From Antedon mediterranea (Eukaryota; Animalia; Echinodermata): a stretch of DNA of 64,000 nt. Below the pieces are notes generated by a model that made no database searches, was not told the DNA's origin, and saw only the letters and a program-made list of their open reading frames with translations. Below, piece after piece: positions 1-12,318 of the stretch; the stretch's first letter is position 1, and the number at the start of each line of letters is the position of its first letter. The position numbers and the translations under genes were made by a program. The DNA lies in the NCBI RefSeq assembly GCF_964355755.1, contig NC_092680.1, positions 6,076,001 through 6,140,000 of the forward strand, read 5' to 3'.

Positions 1-162
1 AACGTTTGTTCGTTTTATTCAACGTGATAACGTTTTGTTCGTTTACTCAACATGATAACGTTTTGTTCGTATATCCAACATGATAACGTTTTGTTCGTTT
101 ACCCAACGTGACAACGTTTTGTCTGTATACCCAACGTGATAACGTTTTGTTCGTATACCAAC
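1..162. repeat. Tandem repeat, ~28-bp unit (aacgtgataacgttttgttcgtttaccc), ~5.5 copies, cut by window edge
   Basis: The unit is visibly reiterated with substitutions. Confidence 0.85.
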
Positions 163-1454
163 ATCATGATATCAAATGATGACATAGATATAAAAAAAAA
201 CTGATGACAAATCGAAACGATTGATAATAAATTCATGGTACATTTGATACATAAACCGCCTTATGGATTAACACGCATGCTGAATTCCATATCTGGGAAT
301 TCTCACAGGTGATGTAAACCTATAAATAATACATCGACGCAGTCTGGACATGAATTATACGTTGAATTTCTACAGCTCGTTCCTAAGCTATAACCATCGT
401 AAATTGAGGGAAATAAACACGGCTATCGAGTACGGGCATGGATATCATAGTTTATGTTACATCACATGAGTTACATGATGACGTGGGGGCCGAGTTGGAT
501 CGATTTCATGTAGCGTTACATGTTGATTTCGTGCCGATAGGACGTGTGGTCAACGCATGTCGAGGTTTCTAAAAATACCAAAATCTTACTTTACATGTAG
601 GCCTAGAACTTCATTAATAGTATCGAACGAGATACTAGGTCTATAGGTTGAAAGATTTTGGCCATATTTTTGACGGAGTTTAGTGTTTAGATTTTAATAC
701 ATTTTCACACATGCAGAAAAAAATACGAAAATGTATGGTGATCAGCATATTGATAATCTGTTGTGTATGTCATTATTTATTTTGTTTATCGGGAAACTCT
801 TTTTAAAATAACGATTAACAATTACGTAACTTAGTGTACAGAAATAATAAGTTTTCTTTTGTGCAGGATTCGAACCAATGACTGTTTTTTTGTTTTGGCA
901 AGTTAAATGTTTAGGAACCTTTAATGCATAATAAATGGTTGAATAAGGCTTTTCACTGTATATGCCTTGAAAGACCGTAGTATAGTGTATGTTTAATGTA
1001 TTCTGAAGCACGCTCGTCGTATAGAAGTAGGCCATAGGGCCCACGACAATCTTTGGAATAATAACAGTAACAAAAAACGTGATATTCTACCGTATCGGTG
1101 ACAGTGACCGAGATTCCAGTTGATGAAGAAACTCTGGCTGACCTGGCAAGTGATCGACTAACAGTGAAAGCAATAATTAAGAGCGAGATAACTAGTATAT
1201 TAATGCCAGCTAAAATTAGCATTATTTGTGATTGCATGCATATAGTGAAATCAAGATTAGTTTAATTGAGCGTGGATGATATTAGTATAGGCCTACTAAT
1301 AACGATCATCAGAACCAGAGGTTTGTTATGAATCCAGTTTTAAAAGTTGATTTTTATGACTTTATAACATATTGATAATTCCGATAACTCTTTCCCCCTC
1401 TCCCCTTCTTTTAGCCTAAATCTAACGCGTTAAATAGGTTGATGTGGCAGTTTC

Positions 1455-1897
1455 CTGCACCTATAAAGGTCAACTCAACCAGCGTCGTACGACAAGTCGT
1501 CTCGTCGAGAGAAATTAAACGCGATATTACGCGACCTAAAAACTACGTTATCTTACAAGACGTCTCGTCGGGATTCAACTCAGACAGCACCGACGAGTCA
1601 AGACGTTTCGTTGGGAATCGTCGTATGAAGCTGTCTGATATACAGCTACAGCGTTTCCATTAAAATCGCTACACGCGCAGATGTCACCGACGCAATCGGG
1701 AAGGCTCCCCGATTCATCGCAGTCAAATCGGCAAAGTTCAACCATGTTCAACTTTGCCGATTTTGTCGGCGATGAATCGTATACGCGTACCAAAGAATAT
1801 TTAGCGCTCGATCGCGTACTAGATCCCCGATAAATTCTAGCGTTTCCATAGAATCGCTACGCTCTGTCGTGTAGCGATTTTATGGAAACCAGGCTTT
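1455..1897. mobile_element. Degenerate non-autonomous DNA transposon (MITE-like)
   Basis: Repeated gcgtttccat..aaatcgctac motifs at about 1650 and 1840, with an inverted copy gtagcgattttatggaaaccaggctt at the right end. CpG-rich relative to the flanks. Confidence 0.5.
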
Positions 1898-3134
1898 AGT
1901 GGCAGCTAGCGGTCGGGAAGCATTTGGGTGAACTGGATGTGCTTCTAAAACTAGCTTCAAAAGTAGCTTTAGCAGAATTAGAAGCGCTTTATTTATCATA
2001 CAATGTAGGTCTACTTTTAACCGCACGTGCACGCTTCCACGTATTAACCAAACGTAACGATGTTACGTCACATTTTTATCCACCGATATTGTGCTCATTT
2101 TTTTTTACCATTTACTTATTAAGAAGTCGTATATTTTATGACCTTTTAGAATGATACAACATAAATGTCAACTTAGTTATGCAATACAAGTCTAACGCGT
2201 GCAACTGATGATGACGCGTGTAATGGCGCGTTTGACGCAAACCTGTGACGTAATGATAATAGTCATAATACATTCCGCAAAACAACGTAATATTTGTTCT
2301 GTATTTTAAACAGTGTAAACGATATTAACAAATCAATTTCCACTCGTCCCTAACTTTGAATGAAATGAAATTGTATAAATTTTACTTTCATATTTGTTTG
2401 TATCATTCCGGGTCTTCTGCTGACTCCGAAATTACTGTAATATTGCTTTTTCCTGAAAATGTCTTTGTTAAATATATGAATTAAAATACAGTAGAAGGCA
2501 CCTTCTAGACAAGTGTAGAGGTGTGCGGAGGTGTCCCTTGAATAAAAAGGATTGACCGTAGGCCTATTTCTTCTCCTCGTTTATTTCACGTGAGCGTGTC
2601 CCTCCCAAAGGAAGGGTCTACCATACCTATAATAGGTCTCGTTCCACTCTAATGAGGCACGAAGAGGACTTTATCCGCCTTTTCTCTTTTGATGTATATT
2701 TAAGCCTACATAACTTGTTATACGACTATTTTTGCGTTTACTTTTTAATTTCAATTGAGCAAAGATGTCGGATTATTTACTTTAAACATTCTATCCACAG
2801 TTCAATTATCATACTTCTTCTAATTGATGCAGTTAATACATGAAATACAGACATGTGTGTCATAAGTATGCTAATTATAATAATATAAAACGATTTTGTT
2901 TTTAAATTTCAATTTGGATGAATTAATTCAATAGATTTTAATTCTTCTTCTTTTTTCTCTATTTTAATTAATCAATTTATACTGTTTTAATTAAAATATT
3001 TATTATAATAATAGCACCGGAATTAATTTGTTTGTCAACACCAATGTGTGTGTGGTATTTTTTAATCATGCATCTGTATAATTTAAGCATATCCTGTTCG
3101 AATTGTGTTCGGTTCTCGTTTCCAAACTTCGTAA

Positions 3135-3345
3135 CTGATAAAACCCGATTACTCATTCTGAACTGAACAAACACGACTACTTATATGTATGATACCGAAC
3201 AAACACGATTATTAATTAAAGACCGAAAAAAATCGATTTTTTATTCAGAACCGAACAAATTCGATTACGTATTCGAAACCGAGCAAACCCGATTACTTAT
3301 TTGAAACCGAACAAACCCGATTACTTATTCGGAACCGAACAAACC
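3135..3345. repeat. Tandem repeat, ~28-bp unit (gaaccgaacaaacccgattacttattc), ~7 copies
   Basis: The reiterated unit is seen directly. Confidence 0.8.
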
Positions 3346-3399
3346 TGTGAAAGGTCGATTATGTTATTATTTGAGGTAGACGTACCTATCTGTAATATG

Positions 3400-3735
3400 T
3401 AATAGTAAACTCATCATTATCCGCCAGCTGAATGACAAGCTATGCTCCTTGTCCAGAACTATCGAATCCCCGATTAGTTTATACGTGATCTGAACATGTT
3501 ACCCGTCAGAACAACACCTTTGTAACAGCCTAACGCGATGTGATTCGTAAACCACCCGACAAGCGTGTAACTATGAACCCCGCTATGAACCTAGTCAGAC
3601 TCCTGAATGTTCACGATTAACTAAACTACCTGCATCAAACGGAATAAACTGCTTAACAGTACGCATCCTCCTACTATAATTTATCAACCAAGCCTCCGTG
3701 GTGGTTAAATAAAGTTGAATTAAATTGCAATGAAA
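3400..3735 (+). mobile_element. Probable 3' remnant of a CR1/L2-type LINE
   Basis: A decayed frame ends ...NPAMNLVRLLNVHD*, resembling the ORF2 C-terminal 'VRLLN' motif. It is followed by aataaa and a gttgaattaaattg simple tail. Confidence 0.4.
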
Positions 3736-4214
3736 TCCTTAATCTAGCCTAATACTAAATTTAATTTCTGCTGTAATATTATGGAAGTCACATCATTTTC
3801 GATGATAGTTGTTTTTTTCTTTAACCCTTTTAAACACTCCGTTTCTATTGTGTTTGCTTGTTTTGTGATTGTAAAGTTTCCAAAGGTATTATCCATAGGA
3901 CAGAAAAAGAGGGAATTATTTGTAAATATAAACTACAATTTCTGTATATTGTATATATTGCCTAATATTTTAATAGGCCTAGACCTATGTGTTTTGTTTT
4001 AATTAGACCTAACATTGCCATGTATGTACACTTCTTCGCTAAATCGCTGCATGGCCTACTTTTAAGATTTAAAAGTCTGAGCTTGTGGTCTACGAATGAC
4101 TTTAGGTTTACATAGCTAATTACTATATATTGTTTTTGTTATTAAGTGTTTTCATTTATATTGTTGGGAATGTATACCATGAACTTGTTAGGAAGTTGTG
4201 TATACATGACGCGT

Positions 4215-4440
4215 CAATCGGTTATACTGAGTTTTTCATCAAGCCCAAACTCGTTTCAATCCCGTCAGATGACCAGGAACGGGTTGGATTCGGTTATAAC
4301 CTGTACTGAGTTTTCACCAAGCCCAAACGCGTTTCATTCGCGTCAGATGACTAGGAACGAGCTTGATTTGGTTATGAGTTTTTCACCAAGATCTAACGCG
4401 TTTCAATCGCGTCAGATGACCAGGAACAGGTTGGATTTAT
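4215..4440. repeat. Tandem repeat, ~65-78-bp unit, 3 copies
   Basis: gagttttcaccaagcccaaacgcgtttcaatcgcgtcagatgaccaggaacggg is repeated. This explains the repetitive ORF 4146..4442. Confidence 0.85.
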
Positions 4441-7369
4441 GATGTTGTAAATGAATATTGCCGTTCATCCCAGATTAAAATGATTCATCTATTTGTGGAG
4501 TTCAGTTGACAAATTACTCATTTGTGAAGACTGAAATGAATCAAACTCATAGTTAATTTATGAACGATTGCGCCAGGCTATTTAATATCTTAATATTTCT
4601 TGGTGAAATCGGGACTTTTGATTGTAGTAGCTGTGAGTACTATAGCATAAATGACATTATATACGGAATAGTTACGGTACCGTATTAATGATGTTCAACT
4701 ATGTTACTGTAAAGCTATATTTTAACATGTATCTATAGAATCATCTACTGGTATTAACTAGTTAGCTAGGCCAACAGATAAACAAATTAACAGCGATTAT
4801 AAAAAATATTGCAGAAAATGCAGAATATTCGTTAACGATAAAAACAATTAAACGGTAGGCCTATAGTATAAATGATAAAGTTAATGCCATGAAATTTATA
4901 TATAAAAATATTATTTATATTTTTACATTAATAATATTGAACCACCCATTGATATACTGGAAATTAAGTAATTATCTCATAAACGGTGGTGATGAGGAGA
5001 TCTGTGAAAAAAAGCTGCTGCCCCAACGAGAAACTCCAAATCGCTAAGTTATTAATTTCATTGGGTCTTATTTTTTGTTTATTATTTTTAGATAATATTG
5101 TTAATAATGATAAATAATGGTTTTATTCAGTAATTTATATCGCTATATTTTATATCATTCATATTTCTATGAATTAACGAAATTATTAAGATGTCCCATA
5201 TATTTGGTTTTTTTTCCAATTTAATTCCAAGTTCGTATAATTATTAAGCGATACATCTGCCGATGTGCGGGCATTTTCCTTCTCACTAATGTTCACACCA
5301 CTGATACAGATAATAGATCTCTCTGTAAAAAACTCCGTTATTTTTTTTAAATTGCTAAACCATATGTGATGTTGATGGACATTATTCTTTGTGCTTGTAT
5401 CATCTATTGTCCTGAGAGTAATTGATCGTTCGTGTTTTTGACGGTGCGCGTTCTTTCGCTCATACAAAATGGAGAGAAGCGCGTGTGGCCCCAGAATATG
5501 AAATGGACGTCGCGGGACTTATTGCGAGAAGCCGCATTCACGTTCGTGATTGCCTGCTAGAAAAAAAAATCGTGTTTAGGCTACGTACTGTATGTAATGG
5601 TTTTGGAATAAATTTTATCGAATATAATAGTTCAGAAACATGAGTAAACATACTCCAAATAATAGGAGATTTGGATCAGATAATTGGGAATGACAATAAT
5701 TCGAAAGCAGACAATTCGTTATAGGCCTATGGTTTTACACAAAAAAAATCAGAAAAATTCTAATTGTCATTTTAAAACAAGGCATATGCAGTTCTTATCT
5801 GTGTTTACAGTAAAATATTCACATCATAATTTCATAATTTCCCTGCACAGTCGTATCTTCCCCTGACTTCTGTTTTGTCTGTTCTTTGATGTTTTGTGTA
5901 ATTTGATTTTTATTGTTGATGGATATGATATATTTTCATTTAAGTATTAAGTATATATTTTTATATAATTCAACCCAAAAGTTGAAATAAAAGTATTTTA
6001 TTGTTATCGTTTATCGTTATATACTCGTTGATTTGTTTAAATAAATATTTGGAATATGAGTGTAGGCCTATAATCATCTAAAAATGGTTGATTTCTAGTA
6101 ATTGTGAAAATAAAACATACCTCACACTTCCGTTAATAATAATAATATATGTTTGAAACAATAGATGCTCAATGTAGGCCTATTTCAATTTGTTTATTGT
6201 TTGCGGAATTGTTAAAGATGATGTGGAGGGATTAACCCGCAATTCTCGTCTCGCGTTTTTTCAATGCATAAACACACGATCGCTGTATCGATTGTTTTAG
6301 GTAATCATTCAAAGTTAAGTATATTATGTTTTATATTTCTGAAAATCTGCATTGGATTATTCATTCGGTATACAAATAATAATCACACATTAATCTCAGA
6401 GTAAACAGTTATTTACAAGTAAACAAACATGCAATTATTTATTCATACTACTTATTCACATTCGACAGCGGAAAACCTGCTACTAAAAAAAAATGGATTA
6501 CACATAGGCATATATAAAACAATTATTAGAAAATGTTTTAAAACTGTTAACAATATCATGAACAGGAACAGCGAAAAAAAGCAATATTAAGAGAGGAAAA
6601 TAGAGCTTAAATGAAAAATCTTTTTCTTCCCTTATGATGCAAAGTATAAACTATGAACTAAAATTGTATAGGCCTACAGATGTTAAAAATCTTAGCGTAC
6701 CGTATTTCATGTATAAAAAATATCAACAGATGAATGAATGAATAAATAAAAGTGGTGGTAAACCACAAAGGAGAAAAAAAAGTATAAACTATATTAAATG
6801 AATAGTTATATATAAGTATTTGTATCTGCACGAAATGCCTTTAACTAGAACCGTTTAGAATAAATGTATATGATAAACGTGTATTAGTTGTGTTTGTACA
6901 GATGAGAGTACAACATTCCTATGAATAAAACATTCTACACACTTTGTGACTTGCGCATGCATAACTTAATATCATTCGTCTTATACAAACGTGATTGCAC
7001 TAAAATATTGCTTGATTAAACAAACTGGTATGGAGCGATGAATAACATCACATCGCATTAATAAATGAAACATGTAACAAATCTATACAGCCTATATATA
7101 TATATTTCAGCATATAAGTAATTTTAAATAATTTTTACACAGGTTTGATTACCGTACTTAAAATTATCGACACATGGTATTTAACATACTTTCTTATAGT
7201 GAAAGCTTAATTAGAATAATATATTTCAATTCTATTTTTAAAATTTTATTTTAAAAAAGGTTCGAAATTAGGCCTATATTTATTATTTGATATCTTTATC
7301 GTATCGAATAGACAGTCGTCTATATGCCGTAACTCTCATCTCGATGTATATGAACACCATCTTGATGCA

Positions 7370-7610
7370 TCGGTCCTCATTTCGAGGGACTTCAAATGAA
7401 ACACGATATCCAGGGACTCGATGTTGTACATTTCCAGGGACTTTAAATAAAATATCCAGGGTCCTCATTGTTCACCCAGGTCCTTATAACCCTGGATTTG
7501 CATCTCCCTGGACGCCATCTAAGGACCCTGGATTCTTTAGCGTGGACCCTGGATATTATAGCGAGAATACTGGATTCTAAAGCGAGGTCCCTGGATGCCG
7601 TTTCAATCAA
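7370..7610. mobile_element. Palindromic MITE-like element built of ccagggtcc/ggaccctgg subrepeats
   Basis: About 4-5 ccagggwc motifs on the left face about 5 inverted ccctgga motifs on the right. Confidence 0.6.
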
Positions 7611-8309
7611 ATCCATGCAGGTTATTTTTTTTGTGACTATAATTGTCAATAGGTGCTCTACTCTCTACCTCTCTGTGGATGCATTATAGTCTCCTGGGGT
7701 GCATGGTATTGGTAAAGAGCGATTTGAGAAAAAAAAATAAAAAGATAATTTTCACGTAGACAATAGTGTCTATTATTACTGTAGTTACAAAAAGGTTTAT
7801 TTTGACCCGAAGAGTTGAGATTATACTTATTTTTTTTCTAATTCAATTTTTTTTTAACTACCAAAAATTTAATTAAGTGTTCTGTAGCCTACAGAGAGCC
7901 TAATCATGCAATATTTCCTTGTAAAACAGTTTGAAGATTGAGAGGGCGTAGTTCATTTTATAGTCAACATGATCGACAATGTCTTCTAATGTATATTAAT
8001 ATCAAGACCGGCAAACTACATATTCAAATGCCGTATACATAATACAAACTCTACTTTGCTTTTTTTTTTAAAGCATCATAACAAAATAAATAGAAATTGC
8101 TACCGTACCGTAAATAGGGAGACGTACAGTACATGGTGCTAATCGGCCTATTAATTCGAACTGAAACATTTTTTCTACCTAGTAAGTAATCTTTCAAACA
8201 AAAATTAATATAATAAAAATGATAAAAGTGAGTAGATTTTACTAGTTTACTATTATTGTTAAATCTAGACAAATTGGTATAAAATATAGCATTAAAACGA
8301 TATCATGAC

Positions 8310-10143
8310 GGTTCTAGGACACCTACCCCCTAGACAGTTACCCCCCGGATATTTACCACCCGGACAACTACCCCCTTAGGACAACTACCCCCCGGACAAC
8401 TACCCCCCGGACAACTACCCCCTTAGGAAAACTACCCCCTTAGGATAACAACCCCCCCGGACAACTACCCCCCGGACAACCACCCCCTTAGGACAACTAC
8501 CCCCCGGTCAACTACCCCCCGGCAAACTACCCCCCGGTCAACTACCCCCCCCCCCCCCAATCTATAAGTAGACAAATATATAGGACCGGTTTCTGTAAAA
8601 ATGAAATCATCAGTTTTTAACGGGTGTTTTGAAACTAGAGACCCGAGACCAGAGACCTGACACGAGACCCAATACGTATATTAGGGTCTCCCTTTTCGTA
8701 TAGTTGGGTCTCCCTTTTCGTATAGTGGGGTCTCCCTTTTCGTACGTGGGTTTCCCTTTTCGTATATTTAAGTCTCCCTTTTCGTATTGGGTCTCGGGTC
8801 TCTGGTCTCTGGTCTCGGGTCTCTAGTTTCGAAACACCCGTTTTTAACCGATTATTCTGTTTAACAGCACGCTAGACCCTAGATGTGCTAGATTTAAAGT
8901 ACCGTATTTATTGAAAAAACGGCCTGGGTTGTTTATTGTTTAGGTGGTTTTTAGGTGGACATTTATTGGAAGAAAGTTGTTTATTCAATGGGAGGGGTAT
9001 AATCTAATGGAAATAGACGCCGATTATTCCATATGATGTGTCATGGGAGTGACATGGTCACCGTTTATTTGAGGGGAATTTATTTAAAGATCGCCGTTTA
9101 TTCGGTGAGTGAACATTGAGGTCAAATATCAAAACTGATATTATTCTTCAAGTGTACAAAAATACAAATGACAAATTTGAGACAAAAATTAATTCTTTTA
9201 AGACCAGTGGTTATCGAAGCATTGTCCTGACGCAAAAATTATTATTATTATTAGCGAACCCAGTCTTTACAGTAAATACAGGGAGTACTATATAATACGT
9301 TCGACTATCCTATGATCATGTGTGACAATCTTCAGTTTATACCAGGCTATATTTATGTTCAATCTTTTACTTTTGTTTACAATAATGAATAGTAATTCGT
9401 CAAAGTAACGAATTAAAATATAGTTACTAATTCCTATTATACACTGTTGCAGAGTCAGGTTGTTGAATGGCCTGGGTGGTAGTTGTCCATCCGGGGGATA
9501 GTTGTTCTAAAGGGATAGTTTTCTGGGTGGTAGTTGTCCAGGGGTTAGTTGTCCTACGGAGGTAGTTGTCCTAAAAGATTATTTGCCCTCGGAGTAATGT
9601 CCAGGTCCAGGAGGTAGTTGTCCTACGGGGAGTATTGTGTCAGAGGCAGCTGTCCGCGGGGTAATTACCCGGGGGGGGGGGGGGGGGATGTAATTCTCCG
9701 GGGTTAATTGTCAAGGGGTAATTGTTCAGGGGTAATTGTTCCTAGGAGGTAATTGTCCAGGGGTAGTTGTCCAGGGGTTAGTTGTCCTAAAAGATTATTT
9801 GCCCTCGGAGTATTGTCCAGGAAGTAGTTGTCCTACGGGGAGTATTGTGTCAGAGGTAGTTGTCCGCGGGGTAATTACCCGGGGGGGGGGGGGGGTAATT
9901 GTCCGGGGGTAATTGTCCGGGGGTAATTGTTCCTAGGGGGTAATTGTCCGGGGGGTAGTTGTCCAGGGGGTAGTCGTCCTAAGGGGATAGTTGTCCTAAG
10001 GGGGTAGTTGTCCGGGGGGTATTTGTCCGGGGGGTAGTTGTCCTAAAGGGGTAGTTGTCCTAAGGGGGTAGTGGTCCAGGTGGTGGTTGTCCGGGGGGTA
10101 GTTTTCCGGGGGGTAAATGTCCAGGGGGTGAATATCCGGATAC
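8310..10143. mobile_element. Foldback/Mutator(MULE)-like non-autonomous element with long inverted arrays of ggacaactaccccc
   Basis: C-rich array at 8310-8560 and inverted G-rich array at about 9470-10143. Flanking 9-bp direct repeats tatcatgac (8301-8309) and gatcatgac (10144-10152) match at 8/9. Confidence 0.75.
8622..8839. mobile_element. MULE-type MITE nested in the foldback element
   Basis: ~36-bp TIRs (gggtgttttgaaactagagacccgagaccagagacc and its inverse), a perfect 9-bp TSD gtttttaac (8613-8621, 8840-8848), and an internal 5x ~21-bp repeat gggtctcccttttcgtata. Confidence 0.85.
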
Positions 10144-11759
10144 GATCATGACATCGAGGTAAAAAAAATCTCAGGTAGAGCCTATAGATAGAATAACGAT
10201 AGATATTTAAACCTTCTAAGTTGATGTTCGTTATTTTTAAGCAACAACAGCTGGTAATCAGCCCATTGGGTAGATCCAATAATCGTAGTCTCGTAACAAA
10301 AATAATATATATTTACATGGGTTTACATAACTATAGCGTCATCAGGGATCTTCTGAACCGGAAGTCAAAGTTGTACACAGTAGCAGACAATAAATTGTAA
10401 ATATTTTAAGAACTAGTAAACCGATACTTACTTTTGACGTCTGATCATACAATAACACATTTATTTTTTAAAAGAAATATCTTGGAAACAGAATATGATA
10501 CCAATATAATGATACAATACCAAGCAAGGCTAAAAAACTAGTGATATTTACGTATTTCAGCACAATTTTAACTTTTAATGTCAGTTATATTGTGTTTTTA
10601 TTTTATGACGAAGGACTGTCTTTAATAGGATGTAGTAGTTGAATCCTCATACATAAATTTGTATCTAAAAAAGAAAATTTACCTAAAAAACAAATTATAA
10701 ATCGGCTAACCGTGACACTATTGCGTTTTCATTTATAAAATGTTGTGGAATAAAATGCCATTCCGCTGATGACGTAGTATACTTCCAGTATTATTTTCAT
10801 CGTCACTTTTTCTTTCAGGTGCGATTGGAAGTAAGTATCTAAACTGTATCTAGTAGCCTAAGCTGCATACGTATAAAATACATTCCAGTAGTATAATATA
10901 TCGCCAATTAAAACATTTATTTCAACTATCTAATTTTCATTTAACTTTCATGTCCATAAGTTCAACATGAAGACAGATAACATAGACATTTTATATGCAT
11001 CTGTACTAATGGAAACCTATAAAATAGCAGTCACGTTACATCTCAATTACAATTAAAATTCAAAATATCGTAAATTAATCATACGAATTGAAAATCGTCG
11101 TAGAAGAAACGATAGAGAGATAAAACAACTGATGAATTAAAAATCCCTACAGTGTAATGCATGTAACTACATCATTGAGAGCAGTTTTCAACGTGACATC
11201 ACATTTGGATGCGGTTTTTGTAACGGTAACTCAATGTTAGTACGTTTCTTGTACGTACATGATGACTCGAACGTGCCTATGGAATCACATCCATCACAAG
11301 ACCGTATATACAATAACATTGCACACTGGAATGCAATTCTAGGGTCATACATACTAACCAGGGAAGAAGGAGATGTTCAATACACTGCGAGATAGAGAGT
11401 ATCACACACCTCTCCCCATGAGGCTTAGTAACCCCACACTCCTTTCCAATGAGGCTTGTTACAACCGTCAAATGCAGGAACTGTCAGCCGACGTATAACA
11501 GGACACTTTCGGGAACTAACGAAATTTCACCTTATAAAAGTTTCCATAAAGAGTAGATATAGTGTTCTAAAACATTATTTTCTCTCCCTCGTTTCACGGA
11601 AAAGACGTCTTCTTGATTAGCGTTGTCCCCTGATAGAGGTGGCCAAAGAGAGGCTGGACTGTTACACTACTCTGCTATCTCTACATGGTGATAGTGGTGA
11701 TAATATAGATTTGAAAAATCCAAGGTGAGAATCCGTTATCAATCGTTTCACCTGAAAAG

Positions 11760-12318
11760 CGCAACTCCACATTCGCACTATAAGATTATGCAGTCTCTTT
11801 AAACATGGAGGTAATTTTTTTCCTTCCATGATTTACTCCGGAACCGTTCACACTTACTTTACCTGGGTAAGTTGGTCCTCTAAGCTAACAAAGAACATCT
11901 TTTTTTCATAAATGCCTAAATATTATTTATAAACATGTATATTTTACCTTAATTTTAATTAATTGTTTATCAACACGGCAACTCCATATTCGCACTATAA
12001 GGTTATGTAGTCTCTTTAAACATGGAGGTAATTTGTTCCCTCCATGATTTAAATACGGACCCGTTCACACTTGCTATTTCCCCGGGTAAGTTGGTCCTCT
12101 AAGCTAACAAAGAACATCTTTTTTTCATAAATGCCTAAATATTATTTATAAACATGTATATTTTACCTTAATTTTAATTAATTGTTTATCAACACGGCAA
12201 CTCCATATTTGCACAAGGTTATGTAGTCTCTTTAAACAAGGAGCTAGTTTTTTCCCTCCATGATTTAAATACGGACCCGTTCATACTTGCTATTTCCCCG
12301 GGTAAGTTGGTCCTCCTA
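11760..12318. repeat. Recent tandem duplication, ~219-bp unit, ~2.5 copies
   Basis: Units start gcaactccaYattYgcac at about 11761, 11978 and 12197 and are near-identical. Confidence 0.9.

Noticed and set aside
1-162. Regularly spaced ~28-bp repeats (also 3135-3345, 34678-34968, 61644-61860) as CRISPR arrays
   Set aside because: They have no unique spacers, there are no cas genes, and the context is eukaryotic. These are minisatellites.
953-1237. 94-aa minus-strand ORF with a hydrophobic N-terminus, plus possible small exons near 1092-1158 and below 568
   Set aside because: No recognisable family. The splice-based alternatives give short unrecognised peptides, so a gene call cannot be supported without transcripts.
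4146-4442. 98-aa ORF with repeated SPNAFQSRQMTRN
   Set aside because: It is the translation of a DNA tandem repeat.
7283-7689. Four overlapping ORFs
   Set aside because: They arise from a GC-richer palindromic repeat with no protein signature.
10043-10279. ORF with TTP repeats
   Set aside because: It reads through the transposon subterminal array.
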